A stretch of DNA of 64,000 nucleotides from a bacterium (GCA_046331705.1 JAXLQJ010000037.1:1-64000), one strand, 5' to 3'; positions 20,162 through 30,481 are shown, counted from the first letter of the stretch. Program-made: numbers and translations. The notes: generated by a model not told the origin, from the letters alone.

Positions 20162-20865
20162 GGGGATTCCTCGAGAAGGGCGCCACGAGCGCCAGCAGCG
20201 AGGCCGGGCTCGAGCGGGGGATTGTGCGAGGCGCGCGCTTGCGCGAGCGCGGCGCCGTCGACCTGCACGGCCCGTCCCACGATGCGCACGCGACCCTCGG
20301 CGATCCAGCGGATCGCTTGGGGATAGATCCGGTGCTCCTCGGCCAGGATGCGGGCCGCGAGCGATTCCTCGTCGTCATCCGGCAACACCGGCACGACCGC
20401 CTGCACGATGATCGGGCCGGTGTCCGTGCCCTCGTCGACGAAGTGAACCGTGCAGCCGGTGAACCGCACGCCGTACTGGAACGCCTGGCGCTGCGCGTGG
20501 ATGCCGGGGAAGCTCGGCAAGAGGGCGGGGTGGATGTTCACGAGACGGCCCGCCCAGCGGCGCACGAAGAAGGGGCTCAGCACCCGCATGAAGCCCGCCA
20601 GCACCACGAGCTCGACGCCAGCGCGCTCGAGCTCCGCCGTGAGCGCCCGCTCGAAGTCCTCGCGGCTCGCGAAGCCGCGGTGCTCGACGACGACCGTCGG
20701 CACGCCGGCGGCGGCGGCGCGCGCCAACCCCTTGGCCTGCGCATCGTTGCTGATCACGACGCCGATCGCGCACGGCAAGCCGCCGTCCGCCACGCGATCG
20801 AGGATCGCCTGCAGGTTCGAGCCACTCCCCGAGATGAGCACGCCGAGGATGCGCGGGGGCGTCAT
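20158..20865 (-). CDS. purN: Phosphoribosylglycinamide formyltransferase
   Basis: ISGSGSNLQA, LAGFMR, NIHPALLP and GCTVHFVDEGTDTGPII. Confidence 0.96.
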   Translation of the reverse strand: MTPPRILGVLISGSGSNLQAILDRVADGGLPCAIGVVISNDAQAKGLARAAAAGVPTVVVEHRGFASREDFERALTAELERAGVELVVLAGFMRVLSPFFVRRWAGRLVNIHPALLPSFPGIHAQRQAFQYGVRFTGCTVHFVDEGTDTGPIIVQAVVPVLPDDDEESLAARILAEEHRIYPQAIRWIAEGRVRIVGRAVQVDGAALAQARASHNPPLEPGLAAGARGALLEESP

Positions 20866-21920
20866 GGCGGGCCGAGCCACTCGATCGCTGCGCCCTCGGC
20901 GACGCGCGGGACGACCTCGCCGATCGTGACCGGAGCCTCGCCCTCGGCGCGCAGCACCGCGCACACGTCGTCCACGTGCGCCGGCGGCACGATCAGCACC
21001 ATGCCGACACCCATGTTGAACGTCCGCCAGGCCTCCTCGGCGCCCACTCCCTTGGCCACCAGGAAGCGGAAGATCGCCGGCACCGTCCACGCCGAGCGGT
21101 CGATTCGCGCCGCGAGCTGCACGGGCAAGCAGCGCGGCAGCTTCTTCTCGAAGCTGCCGCCGGTGATGTGCGCGGCACCTCGCACCACGCCCAGCCCGAA
21201 CGCCGCCAGCACCGAGCGGCAATAGATCCGCGTGGGCGTCAGCAGCACCTCGCCGAGCGATCGCGAGCCGAGGTCCGGCACCACCAGGTGGGGATCGAGG
21301 CCGTGATGCTCGAAGAGCACGCGACGCACCAGCGAATAGCCGTTGGAGTGCAGCCCGCTCGACGGCAAACCGATCAAGACGTCGCCCGCGGCCACGTCGT
21401 TGGCGCTCGGGATGCGCTCGCGCTCGACCACGCCCACGGCGAATCCCGCGAGGTCGTACTCACCGGCGGGATACGAGTCCGGCATCTCGGCCGTCTCGCC
21501 GCCGATCAGCGAGCAGCGCGCTTGCGCGCAGCCGTCGCGGATCCCGGCGACCACGCGCTCCGCCACCCCCGCCTCGAGGAGCCCGGTCGCGAAGTAATCC
21601 AGGAAGAAGAGCGGTTCCGCCGCCTGCGGCAGCAAGTCGTTCACCACCATCGCCACCAGGTCGATGCCCACGGTGTCGTGGCGACCCATGCGAAACGCGA
21701 TGCGCAGCTTGGTGCCGACGCCGTCGGTCGACGACACCAGCACCGGCGCCCGGTAGCGCGCGGTGTCGAGCTGGAAGAGGGCGCCGAAGCCGCCGATGTC
21801 GCCCAACACCTCGGGGCGTCGGGTCACCGACGCGAGCGCACGGAAGTGGGCGACCAGATCCTCGGCGGCGTCCACGTCGACGCCGGCGTCCCGGTAGGTG
21901 AAGCCATTGCCCTCAGCCAC
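20862..21920 (-). CDS. purM: Phosphoribosylformylglycinamidine cyclo-ligase
   Basis: YRDAGVD, TDGVGTK, GGETAEMP, HSNGYSL, HITGG and TFNMGVG. Confidence 0.96.
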   Translation of the reverse strand: MAEGNGFTYRDAGVDVDAAEDLVAHFRALASVTRRPEVLGDIGGFGALFQLDTARYRAPVLVSSTDGVGTKLRIAFRMGRHDTVGIDLVAMVVNDLLPQAAEPLFFLDYFATGLLEAGVAERVVAGIRDGCAQARCSLIGGETAEMPDSYPAGEYDLAGFAVGVVERERIPSANDVAAGDVLIGLPSSGLHSNGYSLVRRVLFEHHGLDPHLVVPDLGSRSLGEVLLTPTRIYCRSVLAAFGLGVVRGAAHITGGSFEKKLPRCLPVQLAARIDRSAWTVPAIFRFLVAKGVGAEEAWRTFNMGVGMVLIVPPAHVDDVCAVLRAEGEAPVTIGEVVPRVAEGAAIEWLGPP

Positions 21921-22161
21921 GATCTCGACCCGGCAACCTTTCCGCGCGCCGAGGCCGCTCGTCGCGAGCCCGCACCCGCACCCGCGCCCGCCCGGGCTCG
22001 CCGCCCCGGCACCGCCCGTCGCGCCGCGCGCGAGCAGCGACTTAGCGGGGCGGCCGACGCCGCGTCAACCGCGGCGAGCGCGGCGCGAGCGGTTGACGCC
22101 CAGCCTCGCGATCGACCATGAAGCGGCGCCGGCGCGTGGGTCCGCGACGGCACCGCGAGCC

Positions 22162-23637
22162 ATGTCACGTCCACGATCGTCTCGCCGAGGGACGCGCCGC
22201 GCGCTCGCGGCGCTCGGCGTTCTGGCGCTCGCGGCCGCGGCGTTGCTGGCGCCGCGGCTGCTCGTGAGCAGCGGTCACGATGCCTGGTCGCGGATCCTGG
22301 TGGGGGCCTACTACTACGTCTGGTTCCCGGAGAACTGGAAGCTCGGCGCGCTCGGTGACCGCACCGTGCCGCGGATCGAGCCCGCGCTCGGTCGCTATTC
22401 CTCGCGCGATCCGGCCATCGCGGAGAAGCACATCGCCTGGGCCACCGAGCATGGGATCGACTTCTTCGTGCTGTCGTGGTGGCCGCAGGATCCCGAGATC
22501 GAGCGCCGGGCGCAGGAAGGGTTCCTCCGCGCCCGGAACCTGGGCGACGTCCGCTTCTGCCTGCTCTACGAGTCCCAGGGGCTCGCGTTCCATCCCGGGC
22601 TCGGCACCGTCAACTTCGGCGGACTCACGATCGAGGAGTTCCTGAAGCACTTCGACGTGATCGCGGATCGCTACTTCTCGAACCCGAGCTACCTCCGGAT
22701 CGACGGGCGCCCCGTGGTGATCCTCTACATCACGCGCACCTACACCGGGCTCTACGCCGACGCGATCCACCAGCTGCGCCGCCGGATGCGCAAGCGCGGC
22801 ATCGATGTCTTCCTGGTGGGCGACGAGATCTTCTGGAAGGTGAAGCGCGGCGACACGCTGGAGGCGGACCAGCACGAGCCCGTCGCGGCGCGGGTGCAGC
22901 TCTTCGATGCGATCACCTCCTACAACCTCTACGAGGGAGAGTTCGAGCAGCATCGCGGCTACCGCGGGCTCTTGCGGCTCCTGAGCGACGCGCGCGGGCT
23001 CTACCGCCGCTACCGAGACGCGGCGGGAGAGCGCACGGTGCTCTTTCCCCAGGTGCTGCCTGGCTACAACGACCGCGTCATGCGCTTGCCGAGCGTCGAT
23101 CACTTCGCGATCCCGCGTGTGACCCGCCCCGAGGACGCGCCGGGCAGCACCCTGGCGACCTACATCGCGCGCGTCGCGCGCCCGTTCCTCGACCCGCGCG
23201 CGCCGGTCGCGCTCGTCACCAGCTTCAACGAGTGGAACGAGGGCAGTCAGATCGAGCCCACCCAGACCAGCGTCGTGACCACCCGCGACTCGAGTCGGGA
23301 CGGGCAGCGATTCACGCAAGGGTTTCCGTACCAGGGCTACGGCGCCGCCGAGCTCGAGACCTTGCGCGACGCGTTCGTCGCCGTCTCGGGACGGGTCACG
23401 AGCGCTGCCGACGCGACGCCGCGCGCCGGTGTCGAGATCAGCGCGTGGTCGGGGCCCGAGCGCGCCGCGGCGGCGCGTACCACGAGCGACGGGATCTACA
23501 CCTTGTCGCGCCGCTGGCTGAAGCCGGGTGTGCGTTATCGCATCGTCGCCGGCGACCCCGATCTCGGCCCCTCGCCGAGCCGAGTCGTCGAGATCGACGC
23601 CGACCATACGCAAAGCGGCGTGGACCTCGCGTTGTGA
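22162..23637 (+). CDS. Exported GH99/GH71-like glycoside hydrolase with C-terminal carboxypeptidase-regulatory-like domain
   Basis: Signal anchor; VGAYYYVW, GIDFFVLSWW, YLRIDGRPVV, PGYND and TSFNEWNEGSQIEP. Confidence 0.8.
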   Translation: MSRPRSSRRGTRRALAALGVLALAAAALLAPRLLVSSGHDAWSRILVGAYYYVWFPENWKLGALGDRTVPRIEPALGRYSSRDPAIAEKHIAWATEHGIDFFVLSWWPQDPEIERRAQEGFLRARNLGDVRFCLLYESQGLAFHPGLGTVNFGGLTIEEFLKHFDVIADRYFSNPSYLRIDGRPVVILYITRTYTGLYADAIHQLRRRMRKRGIDVFLVGDEIFWKVKRGDTLEADQHEPVAARVQLFDAITSYNLYEGEFEQHRGYRGLLRLLSDARGLYRRYRDAAGERTVLFPQVLPGYNDRVMRLPSVDHFAIPRVTRPEDAPGSTLATYIARVARPFLDPRAPVALVTSFNEWNEGSQIEPTQTSVVTTRDSSRDGQRFTQGFPYQGYGAAELETLRDAFVAVSGRVTSAADATPRAGVEISAWSGPERAAAARTTSDGIYTLSRRWLKPGVRYRIVAGDPDLGPSPSRVVEIDADHTQSGVDLAL

Positions 23638-25235
23638 CCTCGAGCGCGGCGACGGCGAGCGAGCCCGGTGCCGCCACGCGCGTTCCGCCGCCGGTCGGCG
23701 GATCGCCGCGCTGGCGCCACCCGGTGGTGCCATGGCTCGCGCTCGTGACCTTGGCGGCGGCGCTGCGCGCGACGCTGATCGCGCTCGACCACGGCGTCAC
23801 CCTCGATTCCGACGAGGCCGTCATCGGGCTCATGGCGCGCCACATCCTGGCGCACGGCGCGCGACCGATCTTCTTCTACGGGCAGGAGTACATGGGCGCG
23901 TTCGAGGCCTACGTGGCGGCGGCGGCGTTTGCGCTCGCCGGCGCATCGACGCTCGCGCTCAAGGGCACGATGCTGGTGCTCGACCTGCTGCTGGTGCTGT
24001 CGTTCGTCGCCCTCGGCCGCGCCGCCCTCGACCGCCGCGCCGGATGGCTCGCCGGGCTCTACGCGGCGCTCGCGCCCGCGTTCCTCGCGATCTACGGGCT
24101 CAAGGCGCGCGGCGGCTACGTGGAGACGGTGCTGGTCGGGAACCTGCTGTTCGCGGGCGCCGCGAGCCTCGGCAAGCTCGCACCGCGCGCGTGCGCCGTC
24201 CGCGCGCTGACGCTCGGCGCGCTCGCCGGGCTGGGCTTCTGGACGCACACCCTCGTGGCTCTCTACTTCCCGGTGGCGGCGCTGATCTGGCTCGCGAGCG
24301 GCGCGCAGGCTCGGCGGCTGCAACCGATCGCGCTCGCGCTCGCTGGCGCGCTCGTGGGCTCGGCGCCGTTTTGGTGGCGCAACGCCCACACCGGTTTCCA
24401 GTCGTTCGGCAACGTGAGCTGGGTCGACGGAGCGACCGCCTGGCGACACCTGCTGGAGCTGCTGCGGGTGGGGTTGCCCACCGTCCTCGGCGCGCGCCCG
24501 ATCTGGGCGTTCGAGGAGATCGCGCCGGCGGCCGGGATCGCGTTCGCGCTGGTCAACGCGTGGCTCGCGCTCGCGAGCGTGCGCCGCTCGCTCCGCCCGG
24601 ACGTCGAGCCGGCGCGGCGCGCCGTGGTGCTCGGCGCGTGGGCGACGGCGCTGCTCGCGCTCGCCGTGGACGCGAAGAGCGTGTTCGGCGCCGAGTCGCG
24701 CGAGCCGCGCTATCTCTTTCCCGTCTACACGGCATTGGGGCTCTCCTTCGGCATCGCGGCCGCGGACGCGTGGCAGCGGCGACAGCGGGCGGTGCAGCTG
24801 CTCTGCGTCGCGTTGCTGGGCGGACATCTCTTCGGCATCGCGCGCCAGGATCCCGCGCTGATGCTCGGCATCTCGGCGGGGCAGCGCGTGGCGCAGCGCA
24901 ACGACCGCCTGCTCGCGCTCCTTGACAAGCTGGGCATCCGCAGCATCTACACGGATTATTGGGTGTCCTACCGGCTCGCCTTCGAGAGCGGCGAGCGGAT
25001 CCGAGCGCGGCCTTACGGCCACGTGGTGGTCGAGCGCATCCCTGCCATGAGCGCCGAGGTCGAGGGCGATCCCAACCCCGCGTTCGTGCTGCTCGGCGAC
25101 GCCGCTTCCGGGTTTCGCGCCGCGCTCGAGCGTCGCGGCCTCGGGTTCCGCGAACGGGCGGCGGGACCGTACCGGGTGTTCTACCGGGTGGAGGGCCTCG
25201 ACGAAGTGCGCCGCTGGACGTATCCGTTCGGCTGA
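23634..25235 (+). CDS. GT-C (GT39/ArnT/PMT-like) membrane glycosyltransferase
   Basis: DSDEAVIGLMARHI, FFYGQEYMG, many TMs, PRY, DYWVSY; 4-bp overlap with the upstream gene. Confidence 0.8.
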   Translation: MTSSAATASEPGAATRVPPPVGGSPRWRHPVVPWLALVTLAAALRATLIALDHGVTLDSDEAVIGLMARHILAHGARPIFFYGQEYMGAFEAYVAAAAFALAGASTLALKGTMLVLDLLLVLSFVALGRAALDRRAGWLAGLYAALAPAFLAIYGLKARGGYVETVLVGNLLFAGAASLGKLAPRACAVRALTLGALAGLGFWTHTLVALYFPVAALIWLASGAQARRLQPIALALAGALVGSAPFWWRNAHTGFQSFGNVSWVDGATAWRHLLELLRVGLPTVLGARPIWAFEEIAPAAGIAFALVNAWLALASVRRSLRPDVEPARRAVVLGAWATALLALAVDAKSVFGAESREPRYLFPVYTALGLSFGIAAADAWQRRQRAVQLLCVALLGGHLFGIARQDPALMLGISAGQRVAQRNDRLLALLDKLGIRSIYTDYWVSYRLAFESGERIRARPYGHVVVERIPAMSAEVEGDPNPAFVLLGDAASGFRAALERRGLGFRERAAGPYRVFYRVEGLDEVRRWTYPFG

Positions 25236-25283
25236 TCGGCGACGCGCCTCCTCCGGCGCGCACGCCGGGCGACGGCGAGCGGC

Positions 25284-26516
25284 TCAAGCCCGCCCGAGGA
25301 CCAAGGTCACGTTGGTGCCGCCGAACCCCAGCGAGTTCGAGATCGCCACGTCGACGTCCGCGGGCCGGCTCGTGTGCGGCACGTAGTCGAGATCGCACTC
25401 GCTGTCGGGGTGGTCGAGGTTGATCGTCGGAGGCAGGATGCGATCCCGGATCGCGAGCGCGGTCAGCGCCGCCTCCACGGCGCCGGTGGCGCCGAGACAG
25501 TGGCCGAGCATCGACTTGGTGCTCGATACCGCGAGGCGCCCGGCGTGTGCGCCGAACACCGCGCGGATCGCGCGCGTCTCCTCGAGGTCGTTCATCGGCG
25601 TCGAGGTGCCGTGCGCGTTGACGTAGCCCACGCGCTCCGCTGCGACGCCCGCATCCAGCAACGCCGCCCGCATGCAGCGCGCGGCGCCCTCGCCACCCGG
25701 CGCGGGCGCCGTCACGTGGTACGCATCACCGCTCATGCCGTAACCCATCAGCTCCGCGACGATGGGCGCGCCGCGCGCGATCGCTCGCTCACGTTCCTCC
25801 AGGATCACCACCGCGGCGCCATCGCTCATCACGAAGCCGTCGCGATCGCGATCGAACGGGCGGCTGGCGCGGGTGGGATCGTCGTTGCGAGCCGAGAGCG
25901 CGCGCATCGCCTCGAACGCGCCGAGACCGAGCCGGCACAGCGCGGCCTCGCTGCCGCCCGCGATCACCGCATCGGCGCGGCCCGCTCGGATCCAGTCGAG
26001 ACCGAGGCCGAGCGAGTGGGCCCCGCTCGCGCACGCGCTCACGGGTGCGACGATGGGGCCTTTGGCGCCGGCGCGGATGGCGATCTGACCGGCGGCCAGG
26101 TTGATGAGCACCATCGGCAGGAAGAACGGCGTGAGGCGCGCACGCTCGGGGTCGTCGACGGCCGCCCCGAGCGCGTGGATGGTGGCGATCCCGCCGATCC
26201 CGCTCGACACCGCGACCCCCACCCGCTCGGCGAATGGAGTGGGGATCTCGAAGTGGGCATCGGCGATCGCCAGCGACGCCGACGCCACCGCGAGCTGGAT
26301 GAAGCGATCCATGTGCCGCGCGTCCTTGGGCGCGAGCCAGACGTGCGGATCGAAGTCGCGGACCTCGCCGCCGATGCGGGTCTTGAGCCCGGCGGTGTCG
26401 AACCCCGCGATGCGGCCGATTCCCGACCGGCCCGCGACCACCCCGCGCCAAGTCGCGTCGGTGCCGGTGCCCAAGCAGGTGGCGAGGCCCACTCCCGTGA
26501 TCACCGCTCGTCGCAC
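25284..26516 (-). CDS. fabF: Beta-ketoacyl-ACP synthase II
   Basis: ACASG (Cys), NAHGTST, KSMLGHCLGA and SNSLGFGGTN. Confidence 0.93.
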   Translation of the reverse strand: MRRAVITGVGLATCLGTGTDATWRGVVAGRSGIGRIAGFDTAGLKTRIGGEVRDFDPHVWLAPKDARHMDRFIQLAVASASLAIADAHFEIPTPFAERVGVAVSSGIGGIATIHALGAAVDDPERARLTPFFLPMVLINLAAGQIAIRAGAKGPIVAPVSACASGAHSLGLGLDWIRAGRADAVIAGGSEAALCRLGLGAFEAMRALSARNDDPTRASRPFDRDRDGFVMSDGAAVVILEERERAIARGAPIVAELMGYGMSGDAYHVTAPAPGGEGAARCMRAALLDAGVAAERVGYVNAHGTSTPMNDLEETRAIRAVFGAHAGRLAVSSTKSMLGHCLGATGAVEAALTALAIRDRILPPTINLDHPDSECDLDYVPHTSRPADVDVAISNSLGFGGTNVTLVLGRA

Positions 26517-26689
26517 GTCACGTCCCGTCCGGCGCCACACCCGGGTGGCGCGCCGGCGCGCGAGATTAGCACGCGACCCGCGCACGCCGGTTTGACATCG
26601 CGGCTTCCTCAGCTAAGAAAGCGTCGCGCCGCGCGCCACGCGCGAACCACTCATCGCCCTTCACCTCGACCTTCGCCCCCGTCGATCAC

Positions 26690-27463
26690 ATGACGCGCTC
26701 GCGCCGTGCCCGCTTCCTCACGGTGGTCTTGCCGGCCTTCGACGAGGAAGCCGCGATCGAGCGCGCGCTCCACGCGATCGGCGCGCACCTCGAGGCGAGC
26801 GTCACCGGCTACGAGATCGTGGTGGTCGACGACGGCTCGCGCGACGGCACCGCGGCACGCGTGGCGCGCGCGGCCGCCGAGGACGCGCGCATTCGGCTGC
26901 TGCGCTCGCCGCGCAATCGCGGCAAGGGTCACGCGGTGCGCGAGGGCATCCTGGCGAGCCGTGGGGAAGTGGTGGTGTTCCTGGACGTCGACCTGTCGAC
27001 ACCGATCGAGACGCTGGAGCGGGCGTGGCCGCTGCTCGACGCCGGTGCGCACGTGGTGGTCGGGTCGCGCCGCATGCCGGGATCCGAGATCGAGATCCAC
27101 CAGGGAGCCTTGCGCGAGACCCTCGGCGACGTCTTTCGCCGCGGCGCACGTCGCCTGCTCGGCATCCCGGTCAGCGATCTCACCTGCGGCTTCAAGGTCT
27201 TCACCGGGCCAGAGGGCCGAGCGCTCTTCCGCCGCGTCGCGCTCACCGACTGGAGCTTCGACGTGGAGCTGCTGGTGGCGGCGGTCGATGCCGGGCTCGT
27301 CGTGCGCGACGTCCCCGTGCGGTGGCGAAACGATCCGGACTCGAAGGTGCGGCTGGTTCGCGATCTGCCGCTCGCGGTGCTCGGCATCCTGCGCGTGCTC
27401 GCGCGCAGGATGCGGAAAGAGTACCGCCGCCCGCTCGAGATCGAACGGACGGCGGTTCGTTGA
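26690..27463 (+). CDS. GT2 dolichol/polyprenol-phosphate glycosyltransferase-like
   Basis: VVLPAFDEE, VVDDGSRD, NRGKGHAVR, FLDVDLS, DLTCGFK and WSFDVE; TTGACA at 26592-26597 upstream. Confidence 0.88.
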   Translation: MTRSRRARFLTVVLPAFDEEAAIERALHAIGAHLEASVTGYEIVVVDDGSRDGTAARVARAAAEDARIRLLRSPRNRGKGHAVREGILASRGEVVVFLDVDLSTPIETLERAWPLLDAGAHVVVGSRRMPGSEIEIHQGALRETLGDVFRRGARRLLGIPVSDLTCGFKVFTGPEGRALFRRVALTDWSFDVELLVAAVDAGLVVRDVPVRWRNDPDSKVRLVRDLPLAVLGILRVLARRMRKEYRRPLEIERTAVR

Positions 27464-27525
27464 GGTCGATGCCCACGCGCGGTGGGCGCGGGCGCCGGCT
27501 CAGGAGCGCCGCGCCGAGGCGCGGC

Positions 27526-27933
27526 TCACATGTGCCCCTTCACCATCGGCAGGCCTTGCTCGACCTGGACCTTGAACTTCTTGCTGATGACCTTCTTCCA
27601 GTCCGCCGCTACGGGCGGCACGTAGATCTGCCGGATGTAGTCGAAGCCGAGGCGGACGTGGCTCTGATCCACCGGCTCGCGCTGCAGCGTCACGGTGCTG
27701 TACTTGGGCACCCCGAGCAGCTTGAGGCGCCGCGCCAGATCCGCCTTGATCTCCTCGTCGCTCACGTTGCGGCTGAAGCGCGCGATGTCGAGCGCCGCGC
27801 TGCGCACCTTGTACCATTGCCAATAGGCGCCCACGTAATCCGACGCGCTGAAGGCGCCGCCGCCGAGGATGGCGATGACGAGAAGCGTGCGCGGGGTGAT
27901 GCCGCCCCGCTGGTCCCGAATCCACTTCCGCAT
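27526..27933 (-). CDS. DUF4845-like small protein with pilin-like N-terminus
   Basis: MRKWIRDQRG|GIT followed by a hydrophobic helix; GGAGG RBS; TTGACA-N18-TAAGAG upstream. Confidence 0.65.
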   Translation of the reverse strand: MRKWIRDQRGGITPRTLLVIAILGGGAFSASDYVGAYWQWYKVRSAALDIARFSRNVSDEEIKADLARRLKLLGVPKYSTVTLQREPVDQSHVRLGFDYIRQIYVPPVAADWKKVISKKFKVQVEQGLPMVKGHM

Positions 27934-28170
27934 GTGCAGGCCTCCCGCTCGACTGGTGAATCCCCCGATCCTCGGGGCGCCCACTCTTAGCCCCGTGCTT
28001 TCCGCATTGTCAACGCACGTTCGCGCCCGCACGCCGAGGACCTGCGCAAGCGTTCGCGCGCGTGCGGACCGCGCGCACGCGAACGTCGGGCCTCGCTGCC
28101 ACGCCCAGAGGGATGTGGCTATTCTGCGGCACCGGCGTGCGAGACGTCGCGATCCCGCTTCGGAGTCGAC

Positions 28171-30429
28171 GTGTACCACAAGTTCTACGGACTGACCGAC
28201 GCGCCGTTTCGGATCACCCCCGATCCGCGTTTTCTCTATCTCGGCCCCGCGCACCGCGAGGCCCTCGCGACGCTGATCTACGGCATCCGCGAGCGCAAGG
28301 GATTGGTGGCGCTCACGGGCGGCGTGGGCACCGGCAAGACCACGTTGCTCGAGGGGCTCTTCGAGCGGCTGGCGGGCGAGTGTGTGTTCGTTCGGATTCG
28401 CGATCCGCGCGCGGATTTCACGGCGATCGTGCGCGAGCTGCTGGCGGCTCTCGGCATCCCTTCGCACGGCGTCGACCGCACCGCGGCGATGCAGTTGCTC
28501 TGGGAACGGCTCTCGGCGCCGGACGCGGCCACCATCAACCCCACGTTGGTGATCGACGAGGCGCAGGACGTGCGCGACGAGGTGCTGGAGGACTTCCGGC
28601 TCCTCTCCAACCTGGAGACCCACGACCGCAAGTTGATCCAGATGCTGCTCGTCGGTCAGCCCGAGTTCCGCCGCCGGCTGGAGGCACCGGGGCTCGAGGC
28701 GCTGCGCCAGCGCATCGCGCTCTCGACGACGTTGCACCCGCTCACGCTCTCGGAGTGCACGGCGTACGTGAAGCATCGCCTGGCGGTGGCCGGCGCCGAG
28801 CCGGACGGCATCTTCGCGATCGGCGCCTTCGAGGCGATCCACGACTACGCCCGCGGCATCCCACGGCTCATCAACGTCGTGTGCGACGGCGCGCTCTCCA
28901 TGGGCTACGCCACCGGCACGCGGCCGATCCACGCCGGGCTCGTGCGCGAGGTCGTCCAGGACCTGCGTGGCGAGGGCGCGCCGCTCGGCGCGGAGCCCGA
29001 CGGTGCTCGCCCGTCCCGCGCCGCCCCGGCGGCTGCGGCGACGCCGCGACGCACGCGCGCCGCGGGCGGTGCATGGGTCGCCGCCGCGGGTGTGGGCTCC
29101 GTGCTGGTGCTGGTCGGCGCGCTCGCGGGCCCGAGGCTCCACGCCTTGGGTCGGCGTCACACGGTGCCGGGCCCGCAGGCGGCGTTGCCCACGCCGCGCC
29201 TACCGGAGAGCACGCCTCCGGCCTACCAGCCTCCGCCGCCGGAGGCGGACGATACACGCATCGCTCGAATCGCGACCGAGCCGCGCGGCGCGAGTCCCGT
29301 CCAAGACATCCCAGCGCCCGACGCTGCGCCGCTCCGGCCGGCAGCTCCGGCCCAGCCCGCGCCCAGCGCGGACCCGGTCCCGGCGGGCGCGGCGCTCGTC
29401 ACCGAGCCGAGCGCTTCCCGCGCCACGACGGCCGCGGCGCCCACCCGAACGGTCGAGCCGCCGAGCGAGCCATTCCCGAGCGTCTCGACCGAGCGCGACG
29501 CCGGCGCCGAGCCGGTCCTCGACGGCGTGCCCGACGTGCGCGAGGACGCCCGCGCCGAGCGCAATCCGGCGCGACCGCAGCCCAGCGGGGCGAGCGCCGC
29601 TTCCGCGCGCACCGCCCCGAACGATTCGGTCGATGCCGAACCCGACGACCAGCGCGACTCGGGCGCCGCCGATCGCCTACGCGAGCGTGACCGCCAGGCG
29701 AAGCTCGCGAAGGACTTGGCGCGAGAGAAGGACAAGGACAAGGACAAGGCCAGGGCCAAGGAAAAAGAGAAGGAGAAGGCCGCGGCGAAGACACTGGCCG
29801 ATCGCAAGAGCGCTTCCCGGCTCACCGAAGCGAAGAACGCGCCGGAGTCCCGTGGCCAGGACATCGCACGCCGCGACTCCCGGGATGAGAACGGCGGCGA
29901 GGCGGATTCGACCAGCGGTGGCGAGACCGCCGCGCTCGATTCCGAGCGGTCCTCCCTGCGCGAAGCACGGCCGCGCCTGGCGCCGAGCGAGCCCAATGGC
30001 GCTCGCGCGGCGACCGCGACTCGGCCTGAGGCCAAGATGTTCATCGTTCCCGATGCGCCGGAGGCGAGCCAGCCGGTCGCACCGAGCTTGCGCATGAAAG
30101 AGCTTTACGCCTCGCACAAGCTCGGTGCCGCGGAGCCGAGCCCCCGATTCGTACCCGGAGACACGGTGAACCTGGTGGCGATGTACGAGCTCGCCAACGT
30201 GTCGGGCGGCGGAACGGTGTCGATCGACCTGTGGGTCCGCGGACCCAACCAGGAAGACCTGCCAGCGCTGGGCGCCCGCCGCGAGATCGCCGCGCGGGCA
30301 GGAACCTTCCAAGCGGCGGTGGCGCGGCGGATCCCAGCCAACGCGCCGTCCGGCGTCTACGGGCTGGTTGCGCGAGTCAGCCACGGCGGCGTCGAGTCGC
30401 GGCGCGTGTTCCTGTTCCGCGTCGACTGA
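28171..30429 (+). CDS. ExeA/GspA family AAA ATPase with TM segment, Pro/Ala and charged linkers, and C-terminal beta domain
   Basis: MYHKFYGL..APF.ITPDP, TGGVGTGKTT, IDEAQ, LVGQPE and GIPRLIN. Confidence 0.88.
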   Translation: MYHKFYGLTDAPFRITPDPRFLYLGPAHREALATLIYGIRERKGLVALTGGVGTGKTTLLEGLFERLAGECVFVRIRDPRADFTAIVRELLAALGIPSHGVDRTAAMQLLWERLSAPDAATINPTLVIDEAQDVRDEVLEDFRLLSNLETHDRKLIQMLLVGQPEFRRRLEAPGLEALRQRIALSTTLHPLTLSECTAYVKHRLAVAGAEPDGIFAIGAFEAIHDYARGIPRLINVVCDGALSMGYATGTRPIHAGLVREVVQDLRGEGAPLGAEPDGARPSRAAPAAAATPRRTRAAGGAWVAAAGVGSVLVLVGALAGPRLHALGRRHTVPGPQAALPTPRLPESTPPAYQPPPPEADDTRIARIATEPRGASPVQDIPAPDAAPLRPAAPAQPAPSADPVPAGAALVTEPSASRATTAAAPTRTVEPPSEPFPSVSTERDAGAEPVLDGVPDVREDARAERNPARPQPSGASAASARTAPNDSVDAEPDDQRDSGAADRLRERDRQAKLAKDLAREKDKDKDKARAKEKEKEKAAAKTLADRKSASRLTEAKNAPESRGQDIARRDSRDENGGEADSTSGGETAALDSERSSLREARPRLAPSEPNGARAATATRPEAKMFIVPDAPEASQPVAPSLRMKELYASHKLGAAEPSPRFVPGDTVNLVAMYELANVSGGGTVSIDLWVRGPNQEDLPALGARREIAARAGTFQAAVARRIPANAPSGVYGLVARVSHGGVESRRVFLFRVD
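29725..29790 (+). repeat. Degenerate hexamer repeat (GACAAG/GAGAAG/GCCAAG) encoding EKDKDKDKARAKEKEKEK
   Basis: Direct reading of the sequence. Confidence 0.7.
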
Positions 30430-30481
30430 ACGGGCGCAGCGCCGACGCGCGGTGCGTGCCCCGGCGCCCGCAGACGGCCGG

